From assembly GCF_006345805.1 (NCBI RefSeq), contig NC_042998.1, positions 142,848,001 through 142,912,000 on the forward strand: a stretch of DNA of 64,000 nucleotides. The letters run 5' to 3'. Numbering within the stretch: position 1 is the stretch's first letter; the number at the start of each line of letters is the position of its first letter. This DNA comes from Octopus sinensis (Eukaryota). The notes below the pieces were generated by a model, which was given only the letters and a program-made list of their open reading frames with translations, was not told where the DNA came from and made no database searches. Shown here one piece after another: positions 1 through 13,334 of the stretch. The position numbers and the translations under genes are program-made.

Positions 1-390
1 TGATTTGTAATTTAGTCTTTCAGCTATGGCCGTTTTCATTGCAGCTTACGTAGTTTATGATTTAATATTCTAAATTTTATTATCTCGAAGCAATTTCTTT
101 CACAACCATCGGAGCGCAAACTCTCCTCACAAGTTCGAGAGATGGTTGTGATATATAAAGTTTTGCATAGGAAACGGAAAGAAAAAATGAACACGCAATG
201 CGCATGTGCACACTGAATTCATAAAACGGAAGAGAATAAAAACGCAAAGCGCATGTCAAACTAAAAGAGGAGAATAAAATAAATTATATGATGGTCTGCA
301 TGGTACGTCTGACACCACTATCACGCAGCTTTGCTGCAATTTTCTTGTTTCTGATCGTTTTTTATTTGGTTCTTTCGTGTATATGAATGG

Positions 391-508
391 ATGTATGCAT
401 GCATACATCTGCGTATGTATGTATGTATGTATGTATGTATGTATGTATGTATGTATGTATGTATGCATGCATGTATGTATGTATGTGTGCATGCATGTAT
501 GTGTGTAT
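391..508. repeat. (ATGT)n microsatellite
   Basis: Direct tandem ATGT units; source of the spurious YVCM/HTYI ORFs. Confidence 0.95.
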
Positions 509-562
509 GCTTCTTTCTTTTCATATCACCCAAATTCTTCTTACTTATATCTACAGATGAAA

Positions 563-714
563 GGCGCTGACCTGGCAGAATCGCTTGCATGTCGAACAAA
601 ATGCTCGACGGCATTTCTTCCAGCTCTTTACCTTCTGAATTCAAATGCCACCGAGGTCAACTCTACCTTTCATCCATTCGCGGTCGATAAAATAAAGTAC
701 GAGTAAAGTACTGG
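563..714 (+). mobile_element. tRNA-derived SINE, family B (central 'ctttcatcc..ggtcgataaa..agtac' domain), split by a LINE insertion
   Basis: A-box-like GGCGCTGACCTGGCAGAATCG and B-box-like TGAATTCAAATGCC, then the conserved domain shared with copies at 14099, 16704 and 36590. Resumes after 1096. Confidence 0.85.
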
Positions 715-1095
715 TGAGCCACCTGAACTTCTTCGATACTAGGACGCTTCGCAGGATTGTGGGTTGCCGTTGGTTGGATATGAAATCCAACCAACAACTC
801 AAATCAGAAACTAGGATGCGTCCTGTTACTTGTATAATTCGGGAGCGCCATGTTGCTCGATTTTCCGAGTTAGACCCTGCTTACCGTGTTCCCTTCACTG
901 AGGATGTGGTTGGGTTGACGGCTTGTGTTGGTTGACCACATGTCATATGGTCACGGTAGGTGAGGTGTCTCACAGAGACAGTGACCAACTGGAACTCGAC
1001 GGGTCACTCGGGAGGACCCCGGAATATACCGACAAATGATGAATGTAGCCACGCGCTCTAATAGTGCATGCCCCCATAGCTGACCTGGCCTAACC
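715..1095 (+). mobile_element. 3'-terminal fragment of an RTE-like LINE with 9-bp TSD
   Basis: Translation FDTRTLRRIVGCRWLDMKSNQQLKSETRMRPVTCIIRER..HVARF resembles the RTE ORF C-terminus. Ends in tgacctggcc. Flanked by AAGTACTGG at 706-714 and 1096-1104. Confidence 0.7.
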
Positions 1096-2007
1096 AAGTA
1101 CTGGGCCTTCGATGTAAACTTATTTCCTCCCTCAAAATTTCTGGTCTGGAACCCTGCAGCGGACCGACGTCCCGTTCAGAGGAATTGTGATCTCAGCACG
1201 GAAACTCCGTAACAGGCTTATGAGTCCTAGGGTTAAAGATAAATATCTATAGACGATACAAAAACGAACAAAGCAAAACAAAAAAAAGCTATATTGAATA
1301 CCTAACTTTTATTAGATTTGAACCTTTATCCAATGGTTTATAGTGAAGATTAACACATGACGGGATAATAAATCCTTTTCATTAATGCAATACAAATTAC
1401 TAAACCTTGACTGGATTTAAACAAAAGCGGGAAAAGGAAAATTAAACAATTCTAACTTGATGAGAAATAGCGTCACGTGAATAATACAAAAAATAATATT
1501 GTATTAAAGAAACTATATTGAAGAAACAGACGATAATAAAAGAGGAAAGAAAAGGAAAGGAAAGTAAAGAAATGATAAATAGGGAGGGAGAAAAAGGAAG
1601 AAAAAAATAAAGTATTTTTTAAAATCTAGAAAAAGAAAGCGGAGAAGGATGATAAAAAGGATGGGATGCAAGAAGAAGAAAAGGAAGACGTGTCAGTCTG
1701 TTGCTACTCTAGAGACTTCAAATCCATTGTTTACCCTTAAGGTCGGCCGGCCGGGTCGGTCGGTCGGACAGTATGTAACAACAACAAAAACACTTCCTGC
1801 TTCTTCTACTACTCTCTCTCTCTAATCAGACTCGGACATACACATAAGCGCGCGCTAAGACACACTCAGGAATATATAGACGTGCACAAGCATATACACA
1901 CAGAACAATTACGTTGCACGGATACAATTTTTATAGCTTAATTTTTATGTATTTTCTTTTATTGTTCGCCAGACGAATTTGATGCGGTGGCGTCGACGAG
2001 GGTTACG

Positions 2008-2066
2008 TCAACAACAACAGCAACAGCAACAACAACAGCAACAGCAACAACAACTACTACTACTAG
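2008..2066. repeat. (CAA/CAG)n-(CTA)n compound microsatellite
   Basis: Direct inspection. Confidence 0.9.
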
Positions 2067-3247
2067 CTTCTACATGGTTGCTCTACGAGTTGGAAGTAGC
2101 CAAATCTTTAAAATTACACCTCACCGTCTTATTACATAATGTAATCCCAAATACACTTACCTCCTTGCCTCACGACTCCCTTCCCTCCCCTAAAATCAAC
2201 AATACTTATGTAAGGCAACGAGGAAGCCACAAGCGTGGTCTGTCAAGCTATTAGAAACACCAGCCAAATCTCCTCTCAAATCATATTCTGCCATCTTTAA
2301 AACGAGGGCAGAGCACATTGAATAGCTTTGCGTTGTCTTAGATAAACTGTCTGGAAATTGCAAGCGGTGATCACGAGTGGAACGCCTGTGATGAAGGCTG
2401 ACCTAGGCTTAAATAATAGCAACCGTAATACAATTGCACTCTTTACTAACTCTGAGACACAGCAAGAGGAAAGGGTGGTGGGGAAAGGAGCAGTCATCTC
2501 CACCCCCACCTCCACATCGGGCACAGGTTTCATAAGGGGGCTCGAAATTTCTGGCCTGTCAAGAAATCAAGGTAGGGGCGCTAAAAGACTCTTTGTCCCC
2601 GGGCAAGCTTTTGGCGCCCCTACTGTAATTGACTGACTAAAATTAATATACTACTACCACTACTACCCCTACTACTACTACTACTAGCATCTTAATCAGT
2701 ACAACTAACATCAACACCATCGTCCACCACGATCACCACCACTATATTCATCACCATCACCATCATCATCATCACTGTTACTACCATCATGCCACTACCA
2801 TCACCATCACATCACCACAAACACCACCACAACTGTCACTATCACCATCATTAAACTCCATTACAATACCCACTACCCCCAACACAATTACCATCATACG
2901 CAACCGTCCCCTTTAACCACCGTCACCACCACCACCACTATATTGCAACGTCAACCTTTACTACCACCTTCATCGCCAGCGCCACCAACGCCGTCGTTCG
3001 TGTTACGACTACTACTACTACTACCATTATGTCGATAATATTTTACCAAATGACCGACCAATTCGAAAGCCAACTGAACGGTCTAACTCAAACAAGTAAC
3101 ACTACATGGCAGCAGCTCTTGTTTCTTTTTTTGGGTAAAACGTTGAGAGAACGCCAGACTTGCGCTTTTATTTACTTTTTAAAATTTTCTTTCGTCAGTT
3201 TTTTTTTTAGATTTTTGGCTTCCTTGTTTCTCTTTGTTGATTTGTTA

Positions 3248-3285
<38 letters not shown>

Positions 3286-3429
3286 GAGAGAGAGAGAGAG
3301 TGCAAGGGCTATACCTTTTTTTTTATTTAGCTCGTCTGGGTACAAGTAAACACGGACGCCATAGACCAGAAAGGAACCCAAGAACCATTTTTATTTAAAT
3401 AAAATGTAAGCAATCTGTTGTTATCTTTT

Positions 3430-3790
3430 TTTATTCGTTACTCATTTGTCATTAGACTGCGGCCATGCTGGTGCACTGCCTTGAAGAAATTTTAGTCGAA
3501 TGAATCAACATCCAGTACTTTTTTTTTTAAGCCTACTACTTAATCGGTCTTTTTGCCGAACCGCAAGTTACAGGGACGTAAACATACCAAAACTGGTTGT
3601 CAAGCGGTGGTAGGAGACAAACACACACACACACATACGATGAGTTTCAGTTTCCGTCTACCAAATCCACTCAGAAGGCTTTGGTTGGCCCGAGGCTATA
3701 GTAGAAGACACTTGCCCAAGTTATCACGCAGTAGGAGTGAACCTGAAACCATGTGGTTCAGAAGTAAGCTTTTTACCACACAGCCACGTC
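3430..3790 (-). mobile_element. CORE-like tRNA SINE, family A, with RTE-type 3' tail
   Basis: Minus strand reads GTGGCTGTGTGGTAA (A box)..GGTTCA..CTTGGGCAAGTGTCTTCTACTATAGCC, a (TG)n spacer, then the tail ..CCAGCATGGCCGCAGTC..TGAC. Confidence 0.85.
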
Positions 3791-5069
3791 TAGATAAAAA
3801 TGTTACTATAATGTACTCTTCCAAGCGTTAACTAAGCTAAACAAAAGCAAAAACATAAAATGTAACTAAAATGTGATCTAAGTAGTTATGTACAGTTGCA
3901 AGTAGATTAATATTATAATGGACTCCTCCACGTGTGAAATATGTTTGAACAAAAAAAGCAGACGGTAAGACTAGGCACGAGGCCAATTTTGTAGACTCGA
4001 TGAGTATTAATCGATTGAAATTAAGGACGACACCCACCACAACCACCACCATCATCATCGTCATCGTCGCCACCACCACCACCATCACCTTCCAAGAGAC
4101 TGCTTTGCCCGAAATACTCAACATAAAGTCGACATATCCAGGGTAGTCTCAACGATCTAAAGGTTTTAAGGGTTTCGTTACTGGCTACATTGAGAGATGA
4201 ACGAGTTAATGACGAAACCAGGGGCCAGCGAAGTGTCCAGTAATAACCTATGGGAAGGGGTCTCTATGTGGCTATCAAAGGGGTTGATATTCGGATTATA
4301 TCAATATAATTTAGCTGCATTTTTATTGTGCATTATCAATTTCGCTAAGTATTTTCATTAAATTTCTTCAAATATTTCTTATTAGAAAGAATGACAGAAT
4401 TATTGTTTTTTAAATCAAGATTTTTTTTAAATTAACAATACCTTATAATTTTATTTTAGACCTCCGCTATATGCAACAGAAGCGGTATTAGATTAAAACA
4501 GCCATCTGTATATCATACTTAATACAAATACATTAGGAATGGCAAATTATCTGCAGTATTCGCCCGGGGGTAATAGCTTTTTATGGACCTACTATGTTTC
4601 AAGACAGAAAATTACATCAGTAGCAGATGAAAATTGCCGAACAGCGGCGGCAGGAACGCTAGATGCCCACTTTCACCTCGTTGGGCTTTGTCGTTAGCAT
4701 GCATTCATTGACGACTGCATGCTAAGACAAAATCCGTCACAGTTGAGATAATAAACCAGGGGTTGAAATTTTGCTGACGTTGTAGGCATGCGGTTGACAG
4801 TAAGTACATACAACTGACAAAGCACAAGAGGACAGACATGTGCATCTAGCATTCTCACTTGCCGATTCTGGACGACTTTCGTCTGCTACTGATGTAAATT
4901 TGTCGACTCCTACTCTATACCGTTATTCTACCTGTTAGAAATAGTAACTAAATACTCCTCACATCACATTCTACAACTACAGTGTTGAATAGCTCTCTAC
5001 GTGGTAGCAGCACTCACTGATATACCTCTGTTGCCCATCGTTATACTTCGGCTACGGTTAATATACAAT

Positions 5070-5325
5070 CAGGGCCGGTACTACGAAGTGCGGGGCTCAA
5101 TTAGAGAATTGTCAGTGGGGCTCTCTACTCTACAAAAGCTGAAGATTGATGTATAATTGTTCGTGTAGTACACCAGTTCCAGCCAAAAAGCTTAAGACTC
5201 CACCACTAGGCACGACGATATACTGAAAATTCATTATAGAGTCATCTGCTCGAGCGTGTGCCCAGGATCCTTTCTTAGCGTGAGGCCCAATTTGAACAAA
5301 TCTTATTAGCTTAAAACCGACCTTG
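5070..5325. mobile_element. hAT-type MITE
   Basis: TIR CAGGGCCGGT / ACCGACCTTG (8/10 match). 8-bp flanks TATACAAT (5062-5069) and TATACAGT (5326-5333) match 7/8, the hAT TSD length. Confidence 0.7.
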
Positions 5326-5648
5326 TATACAGTTTTGGGGGTTTTAAAGTAATGAAAGTAAATTGACGGGAAGTAATGACAGTGACATCCCATAATTTCG
5401 TGTAAATCTACACAATCCCATTTACGAGAAATAGCAGCTATTGACTGATATTTCTGAAATATTTAAAATATCATAGGAAGGTGCTATACAAGTTGATGCC
5501 TGTGGAAGTGGCATAATGAAAGTGTTCTGTTAATAAATTAAGGGATTTCACCAGTTCAGTTTATGAAATTATAGGATGTCACTGCCGTCACTTCCGGTCA
5601 ATTAACTCTCAGTTTTATTAAACTCCTCAACTGCACGTTACTCTTCTG

Positions 5649-5694
<46 letters not shown>

Positions 5695-5924
5695 GCGTGC
5701 GCGCGCGTTTCAATCTTCACTGCTGGATGAACGGTGCTAGTTTGTTTACGACTCTATATCTAGCGGTTCGGTATGAGGTAACCGATAAAATATGTACCAG
5801 ACCTAAAATATGTTCTGGAGCCGATTTGATCGACTAAACTCTCCAAAGCAGTGTCACATTATGGCCGACGGTCAATGATAGAAACAAGTAAAAACCTAAA
5901 ATATCTGTTATATATGTTGCAACA

Positions 5925-6070
5925 CCGGGGATTGTTCTTTATGTTGCCTGTTTCGTTTTTCTATTTGTTTCTTTCGTTGTTCAAAAGAAAAAAATTCGTT
6001 TTCCATGTTTTTGTAATTCTTGTTCTTGTTTTTTATGTTGTTTACGTTTTTTGACGTCCCGTACCCATAT
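5925..6070 (+). repeat. Fragment of a dispersed foldback-type repeat family
   Basis: ggggattgttctttatgttgcctgt..gtcccgtacccatat matches 7545-7625 and, more distantly, 56750-56890. Confidence 0.65.
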
Positions 6071-6074
6071 AATC

Positions 6075-6298
<224 letters not shown>

Positions 6299-6779
6299 TC
6301 GAGAGAGGAAGAGAGAGAGAGAGAGAGAGTGAGAGAGGGGGTGGAGAGAGAGAGAGGCAAATACACACACACACAGGGAAAGAGAAAGCGATCTTTTGTT
6401 CTCCCAGTTTTTTCTTCTATTATTCAACTGACAATTGTTCGACAACTGAAGACAAGACTCGTTGAACAACAATCAAACAAGCACGTTTATTTTTGATACA
6501 TGGCGTGCTTACGTACAAACATGGATACAACACAAACACAACAGCCTCACCATCACTATCAGCAACAACAACAGCGACTACCACGACTACGACTGTGAAA
6601 ACGATTTCTTTCGTGAATACAAGGCCAACTTGTGGCGGAATACACTACAATATGAGTTGATAGAAATATTCTCGGTGCATTTATCATTTGTCTTTTACTT
6701 GTTTCAGTCATTTGACCGCAGCCATACTGGGACACCGCCCTGGGGAATAATCATGCACCTATTTGATTTTACTGTCATC

Positions 6780-7085
6780 AGAAGGATCAAAGGCAAAGTT
6801 GATCTCGGTAGAATTTGAACTCAGGCCTTAAAGTGCAGGAACTCACGCAAGGAATTTTGTCCGACGCTCTACCGATTCCTCCACTCACCCCTATTATTGT
6901 AATATTGGTTTCGAATTTTGGCACAAGGCCAGTAATTTCAGGGAAGGGAGTAAATTGATTATATCGACCCTAGTGCTCGACTGGTATTTCTTTTATCAAC
7001 CTCAAGAGGATGAAGGGCAAAGTCGACACCAGCGGAATTTGAACTCGAAGCGAAAAACGGACGAAATGCCGCTAAGCATTATAAC
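6780..7085 (-). mobile_element. Two family B SINE fragments in tandem
   Basis: Two occurrences of aaggcaaagt(c/t)ga..g(c/ta)gaatttgaactc, the reverse complement of the B-box/central domain. Confidence 0.8.
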
Positions 7086-7214
7086 ATTAATAATTGTTAT
7101 GCCAAGTGAGTATTATGCTTGTAGGCATGTAAGTATGTATATATGTGTGTATGTATTTATGTATGTATGCATGTTTGTATGTATGTATGCATGCATGTAT
7201 GTATGCATGTATGC

Positions 7215-8290
7215 CTTCTCTTTCTCTTCATAATTTAGATAAAATTTTGCCCAGCCACCGAGTTGGATTAGTAAGGTTGTGAAGGAAAGTATCTTGATTT
7301 AATGGTCATCCTTCAAATCTTAAGAAGAGCTTGCAGATTTTTATAGTTCCAAATGCCATGATCGTTTATAGCGTATTCCAAGTTCAGTCATACTTTGCTC
7401 CAACGGATTGGTATATATTTTGTTGTTCCAATAATAATGGTTATCCTGTTGCTCCAATAATCTTTGCTTTGCAGGAACGACTGTTTTGACAAAGACGCAT
7501 CTAGTCCAAACGCTCGCAATGCGGAGTAGATAAAACAGTAGACAACTGATGAAGGGATTGTTCTTTATGTTGCCTGTCTCGTTTCTATTTGTTTCTTTCG
7601 TTGTCCTCTTTCTCTTGTATTTTCTAACCACATTCGTGTCCAGGGTAAGCTGATTTCCACAACAGAATATATTTTTTCTTTGTGGCCCCACACAACGATG
7701 TTTGGTCGGTTGTGTTTTAACTTGATGGCTGTTTCAATTTTCAAGTACCACTAGTATCCTTTTGATCCATCGGTCTCAATATGGTCAACTCTGTAGGTAT
7801 TCTCCATTTTTGTTATCCTATTTTGTTATCCTGTATCATGCCTCATGGGAAGATAATATCTGGAAGACATTCTCTCACCATTGGTAATAATTTGGTTGTT
7901 TTCTGCCTTTTCTATTGTAGATACTTGGTAGGGATCTCTTGTTCTTGGATTGCATGGATGTAGCCTTCAAAGTGGGGTGAAATAAACTTGTCGGTACTCC
8001 ATGCCAAGTTGCTGACACGATCAGCCCTTTCTATGGTTTGTGTTTTATGTGCCAAGTACCCGAGTATTATCTTCTCAGTGAACTGGTTCTTCTTCTGATA
8101 AATAGATTTTAGCAATGCTCTTTGAGGAGAGATCTGTATCAGTTCTATTTCATTAAGTTCATTAGCTATTCTAATTATGTAGTTGGTTTCATGGTCACAG
8201 TCTTGGGCAGGATTGTTATTGGTCTCTTTCCTCTGCTGCAGATGTTGTTTCAGTGTCACAAACCGTGCTTCATATGACATCAGTACAGAT
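7215..8290 (-). pseudogene. R4-clade (Dong-like) non-LTR retrotransposon, 3' ~1 kb, frameshifted and interrupted
   Basis: Minus-strand peptides EGYIHAIQEQEIPTKYL, YLPMRHD, KHNRPNIVVW..VVEIS (PD..D/E endonuclease motif), IIIGT and GTIKICKLFL. Followed by a CATA-type tail. Confidence 0.8.
7470..7625 (+). repeat. Foldback-family insertion inside the R4 relic
   Basis: gcggagtagataaaacagtagacaactgatgaaggg aligns with gcagagtagatgaaatcatggcgactgaagaagggg at 56718-56755; it interrupts the endonuclease-coding region. Confidence 0.6.
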
Positions 8291-8879
8291 CGTACATACA
8301 TACATACATACATACTACATACATACATACATACATACATACATACATACATACATACATACATACATGCATACATACATGCTTCATATATACATCAGTA
8401 TGTATGTATGTATGCACACACTCACACATACACATACACACATATATATCCACACTCACACATTACATAATGATTTCAATTTATGCAATATCACAACATT
8501 TCTCTTGCATGTTTTTTCAAGTTTACTTCACCAAAAGATAAATCACGGATATCTCTACAGATAAATAGCCAAGAAGCATGTTGTAGTTCTAACGACATTG
8601 ACACTGAATGCAGCCAAAAATATGAACTTACTGTCCTTCAGTTGTGAAAGATGTTTACCCTCTCTGTATTTAGCTACAAATGTTAAAATATGTAATTAGA
8701 ACAAACCTAATTACATATTCTTGTGGATAATTAATTAAACACCCGTCTTTTGTTGTTGGAAAATTTGATCAAGTTGAAAATTATAAATAGAATATTCGCA
8801 AACAACGGCTGTCTTTTCGGCTGTTATTTTAGACGAATTGCTATAAAACCTTTTGGCCTTCATGGCTCTTTTATATAAA

Positions 8880-9250
8880 ATATAAATCTCATAATGTAGG
8901 CAAGTTGCTTTCCGATGTTTTATTATACGCGGCTGGTCGTTGGTATTCTGGGAAGAAATGTAAGACGTTCAAATCTTTTTATTGAAAATATAATTTTTAT
9001 AATGTAGGTAAATTAATCATTGTAAAAATGGAACGCTATAGCACCTCATATTTTATCGTTAGAGACTGGCTATTGATATTCAGTAAAAAAAAATCTAAGA
9101 CTGTCAAATAGATTTAACTGAAAATGTAAGTTTTAAAATGCAGGCAAAATGGTCAATTGTAAAAATGGAACTCGATGGTTTCTTAATGTTTTATGTCTAA
9201 AGACTGGTCGTTGGTATTCAGTAAAAGAATGTAAAACGGTCAAATTTTTT
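8880..9250. repeat. Diverged minisatellite, three units of ~120-135 bp
   Basis: Recurring blocks aatg(t/c)agg(c/t)aa, cattgtaaaaatggaac and ctgg(tcg/cta)ttg(g/a)tattc..gtcaaat. Confidence 0.7.
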
Positions 9251-9589
9251 GCTCATTACTCTTCTCAAATGTGACAAAAATATACAGAAATTAAGGGATA
9301 ATAGCAAACAATAGGAGAAATATCACGAAGCATTTTTTCCGACGCTTTAAACGATTCTGTCATGCCACTTGCCTTTTGAAGATATAATACCTTCAGACCA
9401 AGCTGCACTCAATTTAAGAAACGTGTGGAGAGACATTAATTTTGTGCAACATACCAGTAAGTTCGACTGTATCACTCGTAAATCTAACCCGGATGCACTC
9501 CACAGTCCCACAAAGAACTGAAAGTTTTACCCTTATAATGATTTACCTGGGAGAAAAAGTGACCCCCAGTAAAAATCTTAGCATATCAT

Positions 9590-9870
9590 CAAGCCACCAG
9601 AACTAGACTTCAAGTGGGCGGTGAAATGTGTGGTTTTGGAAGACCTTGGCACACTGCTAGAAATAAAATGATTCCGAGCAGAAAATTAGATCGGAATGGG
9701 GTTGGAGATTCTGATTCAGGTAAAACCTGAGACACTAGACAAAATCCCTGACCTAAGAGATCCCAGGAAGGCAGAATATGCAGATGGCTATGGAGTGTAG
9801 AAGGACTCAAAGCTACAACTGTTGAAACACCAATCACCTCAAGGTTTTCTGCTCCCAACAACATCGGAAA
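9590..9870 (+). pseudogene. Possible HERO/NeSL-like non-LTR ORF relic
   Basis: Weak by-eye similarity (KWAV..; GMGL; APNNIGK) to the post-RT region of RLE elements; heavily degraded. Confidence 0.25.
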
Positions 9871-11779
9871 ATGATAATTGAAAGGTATCCACTACCGTCA
9901 ACAAGACAAGTTCAACATCAACAACAATAGCAGCAACCACAACGCTAATAATCACAGTAACTACAACAACAGCATGCAAATTGCAGCAACAGCTAGAGAC
10001 AGGAAGCATCACCTACAGCACCAACGGGAACAACAATATTAAGAGTGGAAGCAACTGCAGCAAAAGCAACAAAAGAATACCACCCTCTATATCCACCACA
10101 TCACCAACAACAACAGCAACAGAAAACCCTTAATCAACAACAACAAAAACAAAAAGACACTGATCCCAAGATATTCCCTTTCCCGCATGGGACCTCTTAG
10201 ATATATCTTGTGGAAGCGGTAACGCTGAGGCTAAACGGCAAAAAGTTACTTATGCAAAATAACAAAGAAACGAAAACATACCTACAAAAAGAACTTGCAG
10301 ATATAAACAACTGGAGGAGATGCTTTTGAGCAATAATGCGCCAACACAACCCCAGCTACGCTAGATCTATCAATACTATCGTGCTCATCATCATTACCAC
10401 CACGGTCACAGACACCACCATTATAAGCACAAGAACAATATAGTTTGCACTAACAACAGTCATAACACATCACCCAACGTGAACAAAAATAAATTATTAC
10501 CTACACTGTCATAAACACATGTTATTAAAAAAAACTAATGGATCACATGCACTAACAAGCATCGCACATAATAATTGCATTACATTAACAAATAACATTC
10601 CAGCATGCACAAAATCATCCAAATACAATACACCTACATCTTTAAAAAATAAATGCCAAAGGAGTGGGAAACTTTAGTGGAAATATAAGCAAATATAAAA
10701 ACAAAAGTACAGCTTGTGGAAAAAGACCCGACAATCAGCCGGAGGGATGGAGAACCTGTCTTCCATAGGAATAAGATAGGTGGGGCTTTCACACCTTACT
10801 TCAAATGGCTTTACTTAGAAGAGGCAGTATAGTGCGCTTAGCCTGGGGGCGCCTTGGAAGCAACTTGCTAAACTACCTTAGATCACTACATACAGATGTG
10901 GTGGCCATCAGCAAGAACAAAATTTCAGAGCCACGAGTTTTCACACCCATTATCGGATGATAGATAGGGAGAGAGAGAGAGCATTTGCCCCAGTATCCAG
11001 GGTGACCATGGTTTTGTGGGGTTTCATAGAATCGTCCAGCTTTTTGTGAATCCGTATTGGTTAATAAAGATGTCATCATCATCATTGTCATCGTCGTCGA
11101 TGTCATCTTCAACATTATTATCATCATCATCTTCATCATTATCATCTTCTAACTACAAAACAAAAACCCCGCTAAAAAGCATGATGCTACGAGTGTTTCA
11201 AAACTTGATAAATACTTTGCAGAAATTTATAGTCAGTGATAAAACTAAAATCTAGTCGCATATCAAGAAACTTCTTTGGAAACACAGCTGTAATGACCAA
11301 GTCATATCTTCAGATATCGCCCAGATCGTATATTGTAACAAAAACTACCAAAATCATAATTCTAGTGTATAATAACAATAATCTCACCCTGTATCTTTTC
11401 ATAAAATGTCAAAGGCACATGAACTCAACAAACCAGACAAGCCAAAATATTTTGAATTTGTTAATTTATGTAAAGCCAAGCATTCGTTCACTTTCATACC
11501 TTGTGATGACGCATATTTTCTCCTTGATGGGAAAATGAACAATCATAACTATGTAAAAGACAAAATAATGATTCTTAAATAGTTTAAGATTAATTCAGGA
11601 AACATTGTTGAAGAACAAGAAATGTTCATCTGATCGTTATCTTGTTGTTACAGCATGTTACAATCTCATCATGTTAGAAAACACTCATAAATAATAAATA
11701 AAACAAACGAGTTTTTATACGAGTTTGCGCAGCATTTTTACATTTTTGGGAAACCGCCAGAACTATGTTATATCTTTTA

Positions 11780-12200
11780 CTTTTTATCGTTTACTTGTTT
11801 CAATCACTGGACAGCGGCCATGCTGGGGCATCGCCCTGAAGAGTTGTAGTCGAACAAATTCATCTCATTACTTAAGTTTATTTTTTGAAAATCTGGTTAT
11901 TCTGTCGGATTCTTTTGCCGAACCCCTAAGTTATGGGGATATAATCAAACTAATACCTATTATCAAGTAGTGTAGGAAACACACACACGCATACATATAT
12001 GCATGCATGCATACATGCATACATACATACGGTGGTCTTCAACAGTGTTTCCGTCTACCAAATTTACTTACAAGGCATTGGTCGGACCGAGGCTATAGTA
12101 AAATACATTTGCTTAAGGCCCCGCGCAGTGAGACTGAACCCAAAACAACGTGATTGCAAAGCGAGCTTCTGAACCATACAGCTATGCCTGCACCTATATA
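11780..12200 (-). mobile_element. Family A SINE, head plus RTE-type tail
   Basis: Same head, CORE-like domain and tail as 3430-3790. Confidence 0.85.
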
Positions 12201-12593
12201 TGTTTACAAATATTTTTACAGCCAAAGACGTTAGTTTTCTTGTAGACGTCCGAGTGAACACAGACGAAATTTGCATTGAGGACGCTAAATCATATTTATT
12301 TCATTGACGTGTTTCCCATGCGTGGAGGCCAGGCTTCCTTGGAGAGGCGTGACCATACTCCTTTTAAGGGGCCCTGTAATAATTGAAATTTTATACTTTT
12401 ATACTTCCCACGTTAGGGAAACAACCTATCAAGTTCACAGTAAACACTAGACCTGAACGAAAGTGTCTACGGAAACAGAGAATGTTTAATCTGCATTCAA
12501 ATTTTAAACTGCACGCCGTCGGTTTAAAACTTAATATCTTAACAATAACTTAATATAATTTACAAATACCTATCAATTTGTAAAATTAAAGGC

Positions 12594-12720
12594 GCAGGCG
12601 AAACTGTGTGGTTAGAAGCTTGCTTCCCAACCACATGATTCTGGGTTCAGTCTCACTGCGTGGCACCTTGAAAAGGTGTCTTCTGCTACAGTTTTGGGCT
12701 GACTAAATTTTGTTAAATAC
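12594..12720 (+). mobile_element. Family A SINE head
   Basis: ggcgcaggcgaaactgtgtggttagaagcttgc..gggttcagtctcactgcgtggcaccttg. Confidence 0.8.
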
Positions 12721-13019
12721 AGCAGTTTGCGTGCCCCTTTTCAATCTTCTCAGGGCCCCTTTCCTACGAGAAACGGGGCAAACCAAGTTGGCTTCAGTTG
12801 AAGTTTGGCCTCAATTTTGCCCTGATCAATTTGTCAGCCATATTTTTACTACTCCTCACTGACTCCTCCAAGGAAGCTAACACTCCACGGGGTCACACTC
12901 CTCCAAGGAATTGTGCCCTCCAAAGTAACCAATCCTCGCCAAAGATCTCAAACTGACAAATACCGGAACACCTACCCGCTAACACACACACACGCACACA
13001 CACACACACACACACACAT

Positions 13020-13054
<35 letters not shown>

Positions 13055-13334
13055 TTATAAGTGGTATTTCTTAACTAGGGTTTGCTCTTCACCCCATTAG
13101 TTCTTTTTACCCCATGATATTTGACAACATTAAAACAGTATAAAACTACCTTAATTTCATAAAAAGCAGTTTTATACTTTTATCCACAATTTGCTCATTC
13201 CCTTCTCCATTCTGCTTTATTTGGCCGCTCGATCTGCTGAAAATAGCGACCAAAATTTCCCTCGTATCACGCCGCATCGTCTTGAGCAAAAAATGTAAAG
13301 TAAATAAATACTGTCTCAAATCCTACTACTCATG

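Noticed and set aside
1979-2254. Poly-Q ORF resembling a transcription-factor exon
   Set aside because: Only the CAA/CAG tract looks protein-like; the flanks have no recognisable homology or clear splice context.
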